From Trichinella spiralis (taxonomy: Eukaryota): a stretch of DNA of 64,000 nucleotides. The stretch lies in contig NW_003526948.1 in assembly GCF_000181795.1 (NCBI RefSeq), forward strand, positions 649,935 through 713,934, read 5' to 3'. Of this stretch, positions 38,680 to 50,545 are shown one piece after another (the stretch's first letter is position 1; each line of letters opens with the position of its first letter). The notes below the pieces were generated by a model. The model was not told where the DNA came from. It worked only from the letters and a program-made list of their open reading frames with translations, and did no database searches. The translations under genes were made by a program, and so were the position numbers.

Positions 38680-41600
38680 GAGTACAAAATTCGAAAATAA
38701 ATTTCTACTCGAATTATAAAAGCTATTCTTCAAATGTAAAACATATCACATACATGAGCTGCCTATTTATTACTCCCTTATTTAACCCAAACATGGCTCA
38801 CTTTTAGCAGTGCAGTCATTTTTATTTATCAAAAATCATTAATAATAATAATAAATAATGCATTTTCACTCGTTATAATCAATTAAGGAAGACAATAAAA
38901 CAACTCATAATTATGAATTCTTATCACAAAAGTTTATCACGTGAAATTCAATAAAATAATACACTGAAATTAAACCAAAGCAAAAAATTCTTTCATTGCA
39001 ATTTCAGAATTGAAACTGCATTTGTCAATCACACAATTCTGAAAACAGCTTACTATTGTTACACAAATTTGCTTCCCATCTTCGTTAAAAACATTATATC
39101 ACTAAACATTTTCCAGATTCTTGTTTTTCCTCATAAAATCCATGTCACTTTTAAAGAATTCAGAATCCCTGTCAAAATTTTAGCCAGATTAATTTAAACA
39201 CGTTTAAATAGTTCATCTATCTATTTTCAGTAATATGCAATAGAGGCAATAAGTATATGCTTTATATACTCATTTAATTGAAAAGACGAGCACAGTCATG
39301 AATGCTTGTTAACAAATAGGTGCATATGCCATCCTGCAGAGTAGACAAACAGCCGCATCTCTGCCAACATAAGAAACATTCTGCTATAGCATGTCTCTGA
39401 CGCATCACGTCATTATCCATTTCATTTAACTTAATAAAGGAGCTCCAAGCAAAACGAATAAGTCGGCCACGTTAAAATTATGTCCAATAAATAAATATAC
39501 GTCTCTAGTTTAACTGAAAACTGCGTTCATCATTGCATTCATCATCATTCGTTTCACTTGTCAATAATCGTTTATACCAAAAAATGCATACAAAAATCGT
39601 GCTTTTTCAATCGATTGTCAAACTTTCAAATCCAAGCTAATGAACACAGATACAGACAGAAAATGCTTTTCAAAACATCTATTGTCAAATGGAAAAGATA
39701 AAGAATTAGAGAATGAAGAAAGTGCCCGTTGGCATTGGCAAAGACATACGCACTATTTTGACGTGTACAAATCATACATTTATATAAACATAAATTTATA
39801 AATAGAAGAAAAAATTAAGTAAATGCTCTCCAATGAATATTATGCCTTATTGGTTGAGCAGAAATTAAATTTTACATTTGACAACACACATACAGATGAC
39901 GAACACGAGCACGTTTCATTAATTTCACATTATTAAATTACTGCACAAAGTTAAAACAGCTAAAACAAGAAAAAGAAACTAAATTAGACAGAAGCAACAC
40001 AGCCTTTGCTAGCAGGATAATTGTGTTTTCAATTAACTTCTTATTAGTTGCAAAGCTACACACAGTAGATGATGTAATTGGCATACTAATTAAGTGTTCG
40101 TATAATAGATGCATTATTAAAACCATTTTTCAATATTTCAATAAAGCTCAAAAATTCAACTAATATTAGTGAGCATATAACATCACAGTAATTAATATGT
40201 TTATAATAAAATATGTCAGAGCGATATATGCTGTTACAGGAGTTTTTAAGTATCTTTCTTGCCTACGGAACAAATCCATTCAATAAGTATCATCTTGCCA
40301 GTTTAACATTTACCACTTTGCCTGCTGAATTACATAACCAAAGAAATCAATTGATGTTGTTTTCAAAGTAATCATAAAATATCAATAAAAACTTTCACTT
40401 TATTTGCCACACTGTAGCATGACTATAAAATGTAACTGATTTCGAGAAAAAAATACTGTACGCCTTTTCTCCACTGAAAATACACATTTACTTACTTTTC
40501 ATTTTACTGACGCTTAAAACAATGTTGTCAATGTTTGGCATTTTCTTCTGATCTGATAATTCATGTTGAATCTGCAGCTCGAAAACAACTAACAAATGCG
40601 TCGCTTTCATTTCAACTACTTCAAATTCATTATAGATCAAAAATAAATTTTTTTTACAATTCAACAATGCGTCAAATAAAAAGGAAAGTTCTGAAGTGAA
40701 CGCAAAATTTTTTTTAAATATTAAAGCAGGAAAAAAACATGAAGCACAATAAAAATTTACATAGTGCAATGCAAGTTACGAATGTAGAAACAGAAAAATA
40801 ATACTGCTCATTGCTTTGTTTGTCGTGCATGTTCAAAAATTACAAAAATTAAATTGATTTATGAACTTTAAAATGAATAATTAAAAAAATACCAACAGCT
40901 AATAATAAATAAATACTTAACATGCCCGTTTCAATCAGAATACTTTTCAAAATACTGTCAACTTTTTTACGCAAAATATACAAAAACTGAAATATGAAAT
41001 AAAATTTCATGCATACAAACGCTCATGTTCGTTATTTAAACGGATGAGCATAAATTTTACGGGGAGGAAATTATATTATTGTCGCCTTTTGTTGCAGTCC
41101 ATCGCTATAACTTAAAAAAGTAATATCAGTGTATAAACAGTGCCAAACAATATGTAACTTCAGGCAGCAGATCCTGGAACCTCAGAAAATTAATTTTAAT
41201 TCTTAAAAAATCAATTGTGTACGCAAAGTTGCTTGCAAGTGAAAAGTTGCAAGAAATTTAATTTAGCAAATGGATTGCATTTTAACAGCATGCATGCGTT
41301 TAAAGCTTTTTACCGCATCGTACAGAACAACAATTGATTATACTATCTAATAAAAAAATATATATATGGTGGTAAGGGAATTAGTAAAAAAAATACCAAA
41401 AGATGCAAATCTAACTGAACTGAACCTATGAATTTTGTCTCAATTTATATGGCAGTGAAAAATTAATTCAACTCTGTATTGTTAAATATGAATATAATTT
41501 CAGATTATGAAAATTATTTTCAACGATGTCAATCAATGATTGTAAAAGCAAAAAGAAGAGTTAACCATCTTGAAACAACAACATTTTCACGAAAGCTTAT

Positions 41601-41930
41601 TCACAGATGAAATTCATCTACTGACTATCAGTTATCAGTTCAAAAAATTTAAGAAAATTTAAAATCGTATCAAGAGCTAGTCAGCTGTTCAACGCAACTC
41701 AAGATATGAAAATGCTTGATTAAAATGAAGAATATGAAATAAAGAATGCATTTCCACACTTCAAAGTTTCCATCAATATAAATATAATAACTATAAAAAA
41801 TCTGATATTGCATTTATTAAAAAAAAATTATACCAAATTTCTTTTTAAAACGTATTCAACAACAATACATACTAAAAATATTTCATTGCTCTGCAAAATT
41901 GAACATATTTTCTCGTTACACTCAGAGAAA

Positions 41931-41949
41931 GAGAGAGAGAGAGAGAGAG
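41931..41949. repeat. (GA)n microsatellite
   Basis: Seen directly. Confidence 0.9.
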
Positions 41950-42276
41950 CGTTGATTGTATAATCAATGATTAAGCTGTACACCTGCAGATGCTGATTCA
42001 AGCTCGTCACTTCGCTAAATGATTGACATAGGTGCAATTGAATGTGAGAATCACATTATTAAACAATTTCTATTTTCCACATTTGATGGAATATTTCAGA
42101 AATATTTCAAAGAAACTCGAGCATAGTAAATTTATGTAGCAACATCGCGCTTTTGCACTTCACTGAACACTTTTCATGCTAATCAAACAACGTGCTCGAC
42201 GTATGTATTAATTGTCTGTCCAATTGATAATTGATTTGCCTTGTTTGAAAAAAAAAGTTCTCTAATAATTGTATTC

Positions 42277-42295
42277 CACACACACACACACACAC
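42277..42295. repeat. (CA)n microsatellite
   Basis: Seen directly. Confidence 0.9.
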
Positions 42296-45200
42296 CTAAT
42301 ACACTTCTTCATCAAATGAACTAAATTGAAGTTAAATTTTTGACAACAACCTACAATTCTTGAATTAAAAGGTTTCATTTAAAATATCTACACAGCATCA
42401 ACTATCTAATTTATTTCCTTAACCTTTTTTACAATTTTCAATCTTTGTATATTCAGTTCAAATAATTACCTAACAAATCCTTTATTATCTCCTTGCGATT
42501 CACCTCTTATGGAATTGCATTTGTTTATCTATTTACTTTTATTCATTATACATTTGAATTCATATATAAATGCCTAATGAAAGTATTAATTTAATCTTCA
42601 ACTGTATGCGAGTCTAATAATATCACCGTCGCTTGCATATTCGATTGCAAACATCTTTCATGCACTTGTATTAAATAAGCTGGAAAAATAATTTAAAAAA
42701 TAAAAATAATAGAGAAAAACATTATAATCAGAACAAATTCACACAAACAACTTTACAATTACAGTTGATCAAAATGCAAAAACGCAGTACACAAATTGAA
42801 ATTAAATTTTCTATGAAATAAGCCACAGATTGAAGTTTACTCTGGTTCACTTTCGATTTTCTTCTCAATCATTATCCAATAAAATAAAACAAAAGTAGAA
42901 ACAACTTTAATATTTCATTCATATAATTTATAATGTATTTAAAAAATATTTCTATAAATTCTCATTTTTGTAAAGACAATAAGTATAACACGAATGTCAA
43001 TTGGCTTCATAAAATCAAAGTCTTGGATAAATATTACTATGATTGCATTAGATAATAATAATTTTGCATTTTTGTTCAATTTCCGCATTTCTCGTTTCAA
43101 GCAATATGTGAAAAGAAAAGAAATTGCATATGAAGCAGTTGTAGACCTGATTCATAAAATTCCAAAGGACATCAATCAAACAGTCGCATCTTCAGTAATA
43201 AATGAAAAATTTTATGAATTGTGATGAACAGTTATGTCGAATATATTTTATTACGGTGGTTGAAGTATCTGAATAATGGAATACAATAAAAAGCCATGCT
43301 AGAAAATCATTCATTTCTGTTCATGTTGAGTAGTTCGAATCGACAACTTTATAAAAATTTATCAATTTACTTGTATACTGCAACTGCAAATCAAATAACA
43401 ATTTATTTAATAAAGTTCATCTGTTTGTTCATATCAAGTTATATATATATATATAACTTTCTGTACCTTTGAATGTTATCTTGATGTAGCAATTTTACGT
43501 ATACATAAAGCATGCAAATTCTGTCATACCTGAAGGCAAAGAATGGTCGATTCGATTTTACAATTCTCAAGGAAAACAAATAAGCCCATATTTTGTTGGT
43601 AAAGTACGTCCTATGGGTCCTATGTTAAATTTAGCATAATAATGTGAACAGTTAGTCGACTGTGGAGGCCAATTGTTGAACTTCAACAGTAAGCTTAGTA
43701 GTATGAAAATTACATGCTTCACAGGAAATCAATGCAAAAACAATGGCCAGTAGTGACCAAGCAAATACATTTTTCATGCAAGCTGCTGCTATTAATGTCT
43801 TTCTAGATGAAAACAAGCAACGAAGCGCAAAAATGGATCTATGTCGGCGCTAGTTTAAACAAGCCGCCAATTTTCAACCCGACTCCAATTTCCGTACATT
43901 TCGTTGCCTCAACTCCACCCCCTGGTCCGTATCCAATTGCTGCTCGTCTGTCTAAGATTGCTCACAGAAATTCAATTGAAATTCAATTGCAAGGCTGGCA
44001 CCAAGCGATCAACGGCCACTAAGACGAAACTCTAGTAAAAGCAAAAGCTAATGCATAACTTTCTGGAGAATAATCGATCTTCGCTAGAAGGAAAAAGTAA
44101 ATTCCCTTCGTCGACGTTCAAACCAAAACTTATAAAAAGGCGCAATGGTGAATAACAAACAATCTAACAAGTTGAAAATATTCATTTCTCAGGGCCAAAA
44201 TTCAAAATCACACATCATAATGGTATTTAAAATCACATAATAGAAAAATAAAAAAATAATCATCATTTCTTATGCAAATTTAGTTATTAATAATAAACGA
44301 TCAGCTGTCCTGCAGTCAATCATCAGCAATCAGTTGACAAAAAATTAATCTACTAAAAGCTATTAATCTACAAAAAAATATCCATGCCACAAATATTTTT
44401 CTTTTATTTCAATTTTTCAATTAAATTTATCTTTAACAATATCAAAAACTAGTGATGTGTAACTGAAATCAGGTATAAATGTTGATCATCATTAGCTTAA
44501 AAGTTTATCAACAGTAACGATAAAATAAAATTAAGATAAACCTATACAATTTACAATATTATAATGCTTGAAACTTGCAAACTTTTTACAAAAAAGCTAA
44601 AATTATTATTTTATTACATTCCATTATTAATTTTACGGTATAAAAAAATTCATTTCCCATTTCGAAAAGTGTTGCACTGTTTGGCGAAAATTACAAGATA
44701 ATAGCAATGAAAAGCAATTATCAAAATTACAACACGCATTAGATTTTTTCTGAACTACATAACATGTGTAATATAGTGAACAACAAAAGAGCTGGAAAAT
44801 AAAAATAATTAACAATATCGACGTTTCTTACCGTCAAAATCATACTAATTGTGCAGATTCCGCAAAACAGCCCAAGTTACGTAAGTGCAAATGTATTTTA
44901 TCATATTAGTGAAACAGACCAACGAAAAAATGATAATTTGACAACTAGGGAATGGAAATTATAAAAAGTAAACACATCTAAAATGCAAAGCTTGGTCCGC
45001 TTTCAAAAGTCCCCGCTCTTTAAATATGAATAAAGTTCATCGCATTCATTGTATACGCAGTGGTTAAAAATTAAAATCGAAATTTCAAAAAGATCTCACA
45101 TAATTTTCAACAATCAAACTTAAAAGCTCTCCCACAGTTTATCATGCTAAAATGGACACCTTTACTTAAAGGTTCCACTCTTGTTAAATTATATACATAT

Positions 45201-46183
45201 ATTCAAAGACATGCCTATGAAATGCAAATATGCACCAGCTACTAAATGACGTAACGCAAGTTCAAGCGCTACACTAATGCAAAGTTATTGCTTATCAATT
45301 AAATCTCACTAAATAAATATAAAAATTGAATGAAACAGAATATGAAATAAATTTGCAATTTTTTCGAATAAATAAAATCCCTAAAATAACTAAAATCCAT
45401 AAACAGGATTCTTATTTTGAAATTGAAAATTACATTAGGAAGAAAATTAATAATGTTAAACAAAAAAAAATTTTCCTTACCTTAAGGAAATGAATTGATT
45501 TCAGAAGATATCTTGCTTTGCTGGTGTACTCACATCACGGTCAATAAAGCAGATTTCTCATTTCGCAGGAAACACAAGCCATACGACTTCGTCAACAACA
45601 GATTCAATATGTATATTTCAAAGTTTTAACCAGATTTCCTCTTTGAAGATGCGCCGCCCATTGCTTTAATCCAATCTCGTCAGCTGTCATTAACTGTAAA
45701 ATGAAAAGCTATTCGGCTGTTGTTCCAATGACCACTCATGCCAACAATAAAAGCCAAAAACGATGAAAAGTTCGTCCAACTGCTACTCTATGTTGAGGTG
45801 AGCAACGAAGTGAAAAAAATTAAATACTAAGCAAAACCATCTGCAAATTAATATTAAAAAATATCGAACTATTATTATCGATCATCAAAATAGTTCAATT
45901 CAAATTATCTTACCATTTCATTTTCAAAATTGAAAACATTTTATAATCATATATGCTCTGATGTTGTAAAATGCCTGAAAATACTTCATTCACACTTCAC
46001 AGCTCAATTGATTACTACGTTTTCTCAAATGTGGATTTTATCGAATCTCTCATAATCTTACTAACGTGTTTAAGTAGAAGAAATTTTACTCAAAGCTGAT
46101 TCCTAAAACCAATGCTGTAGATATTGTTTTCATGTTCAAAAACAAGAGATGACCGGGCTGTATTTGATATAGGATGGATAATA

Positions 46184-48953
46184 TTAATCCATTTTTCTTA
46201 AAAAAAAAAGAAAAATTAATATTTCAACCCAAACATGCAAAACAATATATTACTTACAGTGAATGATTAAAAGTGCCGACGTTCCTTCTGAAAGGACGCA
46301 GGTTCACTGTCAAAGATGAAATCAAAGATATGATGATAAAAGTGAACAACATCAGATAAAGCATTATCACCGTGCTTTCACGAGGTAGTTGACATTTATT
46401 GACCAAAACATCTTCATCAGTCACAGTTACCTATAAAAAACGTATATACATGCACAATGTGGAAATCATTTTTTTAAGATGAATATCATATCACATATTA
46501 AAATCATTCAAATTCAACGCATTTTTATAAACGCAATGCATATGTGTATATTTTAGAAAAGCTAATAAAGCAAGTTCTATTATCACAATTAAGAGCAAAT
46601 CATGTTACAAGTATATTCGTTCGTTCGTAAAATATATTCATCATTACTCTTACTTCATTACTTGATTAATTAGTTCGGCAACAGGAAAAAAATGAAGAAT
46701 TCCGCCATAGGTAACTTATTAAAATTTGTCATTACTAATAAGTAATGTATTAAATAAAACATTTACCATTAAAAACGCAGGATTGTTTTTATTTCTCCAT
46801 GAATAAGATGACACAGTCCATTCCAGAACTTCACCATCATTATGAAGAGCCCTGCAACCGTGATGAGTATGCCCTGAAAATACGGCACGGGGTTGCAGAA
46901 TTTCCAACAACTAAACATAATATATTTTGTTAAAATAAATTAGTTGTTGTTCAGTTTTCCAATGTATGTACAAAACGTGTCGACTTGTTGGACAAACAAT
47001 CTTTTCCTTCTAACATCAGTCTATGCTTTTGGTCAAACGGCGCTTCATCAACTTCATCGCACAAAGCATCTGATTCTCGAAACAGTGGAAAATGCTAAAC
47101 CATTACACCACGTTTAGCCAGTACATTCGACAAGTTCTGTTTACCTGCATCACTATGGGCTTTATATACTCGGTAACATTTCCGAAATAACAATTACCAT
47201 TTCTTCCATCCTAATATAGCCAGTAATTAAAAGAAAAACGCATAGAAAATCAGCAAAGAAATAAATATTCACTTTTGCACACTGCAGAGTGAGATTAAGA
47301 GAAGTGATCATCCGTACTGCTTCAGAACAAAAAATACACTGATCATTTTCCATTGCCATACTATTCACCAAGATAAACGGGTAACGCTTCAAAACGACTA
47401 ATTCAACAATATCCATTCCAAAAGCATCATAAAACCAAATTAATCGAAGCGGATGCAACCTAAATTTTAAAAACAAACAATCACAAATAGCACAGGTATT
47501 AAAAAAAATAAATGCAGCAGATTAGCAGACTGATCGTGAAATCCAACGTCGTGGTTTCCAATTACAGCATATAACGGCGTCGAATTTGCAGAAAAAATAT
47601 CATAAAAGTCATTCGTGTACTTTTTGAAACGTTTCTCATCACTCCACATGCCTTCATCAAACAAATCACCTAAACGTTACAAAAAATAATTTTAAAACTT
47701 CAAATGTGCACTTGACACAGCGCTCAATGCTAATGTAACAAAAACTTGCAATCGAACGTTTACAGTAAACATTTTACATTTTCAAATTTTAAACTGAATT
47801 TTTGATTAAAACAACAAATATATATATTCACAAGTCGACTATTATTTTAGGATGCTTGAATACGTAATTTTCAATTCTCATTTCATGTTCGCATTCACAT
47901 TTGGTATTTCATTATTATTTCAAGCAGAAAAACGTTAAGCAAAATCGTTGTTTAAATAAAGTCTACAACAAATAAATATTCAATATTAAAATAATTCATA
48001 AAAGATAAGTGAAATAAGTAAATCTCAAAATCAACATTTTCTGTTAAATACAGTATACCAGTTTTCGAATTTAAATTCAAAATATTGAACTCATTTGAAC
48101 AGTCAGTTCCATTTGCGGATTGCATTATCAAAAAACATGCAAACTCTCTTAAATTTACGTACATCATTTTCAAAACCGGAAACTCTCATCTCAAATAAAG
48201 CATAAAATATCCTATCGCAGCATAGATACAAAATACCTACCTAATACAAACACTGCGTCAGGATTAAATAACCGAACACTTGTTTGAAAACATTTTTTCA
48301 TTTGCCATTCCCTAAAATAGAAAACAACATTTCCCTATTAAAATCATTTTTGCTCACATTTGAACAATCTAAATCAGTGCAAGGATAAAGATGATAAAGT
48401 TCATTATTCGAATAGCAAAATAATTCATTAATAAAACTGTCATGTTTCATGATATGATATGGCATTTAATGGTATGATAAAACAATCGAATGCAACTGTT
48501 AATACAATTATTTTCAAATACTAGAAATATTTATTTTATACCCATAAGTGTACTGATGCCAATGTAAAACAATATTAATAAAACAAATATTATACTGATT
48601 TACATTACAATTTAATAAATAATAACACTATATATGCAAACAGTATAATCTATTATCATGTGTAGAATCATTAACTGCATAAATTCCCCTGTGCATAAAC
48701 AGTTACTAAATTATGCATTTGCATATAATACACACCGACGCAGTTTATCAAACCAATGTCCTTTGTAGTCACCAAGAATATGAGTATCAGCTAATACAAA
48801 AAATTTTAAGGCATTCTCATTTTGCGAATCTGGCCACGAGCAGCTGCTCAAAACAATCTCAAAAATGTAATGTTCACACAACAGAATTGTCACTGCCGAG
48901 AGAATTATACAAGAAAGTAAGCAGTGTTTGAATTGTAATTTTGCTAATAGCAT
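46184..48953 (-). CDS. MPPE1: Metallophosphoesterase 1 / PGAP5 (GPI remodelling), calcineurin-like phosphoesterase
   Basis: N-terminal hydrophobic segment followed by LADTHILG..GHWFDKLRREWQM, VFVLGDLFDEG, VIGNHDVGFH, FILVNSMAME, HFPLFRESD, VFSGHTHHGC, VSSYSWRNKNNPAF, KCQLPRE and a C-terminal TM helix. The stop is at 46254 if unspliced, or at 46184 via a 61-bp terminal intron. Confidence 0.93.
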
Positions 48954-49080
48954 TGCGCATGTGCACTTTTTCACATATGCACTATACAGTAATTCAATCA
49001 AAGAAAGATCATTAAGAGCAACTGTCTGAAATAAAAAATTACGGATGCATAATAAAACAATTTTTTGTATTAAAAATTAC

Positions 49081-49220
49081 CTAGTGCCTCTGGATTTATT
49101 AAACAAAATATTAAATTGCATTATTAAAAAATACCGCTGAGATTATCAACTGCTATACTATATCAAAATATTGTACTTGAACATCATAAATAGCGAACTG
49201 TGCGGTATTGCAATGAAAAT
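49081..49220. promoter_or_regulatory. Probable compact bidirectional promoter / 5' region shared by MPPE1 and MRPL52
   Basis: The divergent ATGs at 48953 (-) and 49221 (+) are 267 bp apart. A 55-bp minus-strand GT-AG intron at 49026-49080 places an MPPE1 5' exon above 49081. Confidence 0.5.
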
Positions 49221-49752
49221 ATGAAGAGTATTAGTTCCGTTTATTTTTCTTTTTTTAGAAATTATAGATTTTGGACCTTCAGGTATTTCATTTTTCCATG
49301 TGAACATTGTTTTTAAAAAATTTTCTGCAGAAAGCCTACTAATGGTCACTGGGCAGAAGCTGATCGGTTTTTAGAATCACCCGATTGGTCTTATTCGGGT
49401 AGTAATTATTTAAATTATTTGAGATATATAAATTGATCATATCAGTTTAGGTGGTCAGCCCTCACCAACGAATACTGCCGAGAGGAAACGTCTTTTGATG
49501 CAAAAAAATTTAGCGGTATGTTTATTTTGAAATGGAAGTAACTGTAGTAATAAATTTAATGCGAATGGTATAATAATGGTGAAGTCATGAAATAATTGTA
49601 CATACTTACAGAGAAAAATTATTCAAAGTTTGAATGAAATACATCAGGCAAAAGAAGCTTACGCAAAACTAACGGTGAAGAAAAGACAAGAAGAACTTGA
49701 CAGATTACCTCCATTTCGTCAGAAAGGACACAAAATTCAAAATAAATTATAA
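49221..49752 (+). CDS. MRPL52: Mitochondrial ribosomal protein L52 (4 exons; not in ORF track)
   Basis: Exons 49221-49282, 49331-49398, 49451-49515, 49612-49752 splice in frame to MKSISSVYFSFFRNYRFWTFRKPTNGHWAEADRFLESPDWSYSGGQPSPTNTAERKRLLMQKNLARKIIQSLNEIHQAKEAYAKLTVKKRQEELDRLPPFRQKGHKIQNKL. PDWSY-x-G-x-P-x-P, the following helix and the late KG match mL52 as recalled. The N-terminus is basic and acid-free, like a transit peptide. Confidence 0.8.
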
Positions 49753-50545
49753 AGAATTGCTATTTATTGTTTATGTGAATTTTCTTGCATTTCAATTATA
49801 AATGAATAAAGATCTGAAATTTGATTGGGAACATAATTTATGTTAAAACATTATGAAGGACAAAATGAAATTATAATTTCATTTTCTGTGAAAAATTTCT
49901 TTTGAGTTTGCTAATTTACATTAATATATAATACATATTTATAAATGACTTTATTTTATTTAATTGTTAAATTGTTAAACAAATTATTGAACTTGATATT
50001 CGCTTATTTTTATGTAACAAGAAACACTACGCAGTCATATTTGCATGACATTTTTGTTCCTTCACAATGCATGTATTTAATTTACATTTCAATTCGATAC
50101 AGGATGACAATTTTAGCCAAATAATTAGTCATTCTCCTCGCTGTAAATTAATATATGTTTGTAAAATTAATTTAGACAAATATCTTGAATACATTTATTT
50201 GCCTTACTTTTTATATTTATATTTGCAGTATATTATTATTTAAACGGAAAATGAATAACATTAGAAATAATAATAATAATAAACAAAATCTTTAATAAAC
50301 ATATGAACGAGAAGTGAAATCTCCTTAAATTTAAGCCTTTTGTTCCATATACATATTTCAATTATTAATGTAGATACATTTTTAAGAAAGACGAAAAAAA
50401 TAACTTATTTTTCCTGTCACATATGTAAATTTTGTTTTATAAAACCTAAATCTTATGTAAGTTAAACAACTGAACATGAAGACGTGAAATAATTTATTTA
50501 AATCACCAATAAAATGACATGGCAGATAAAAAATGCCTGAGGAAT

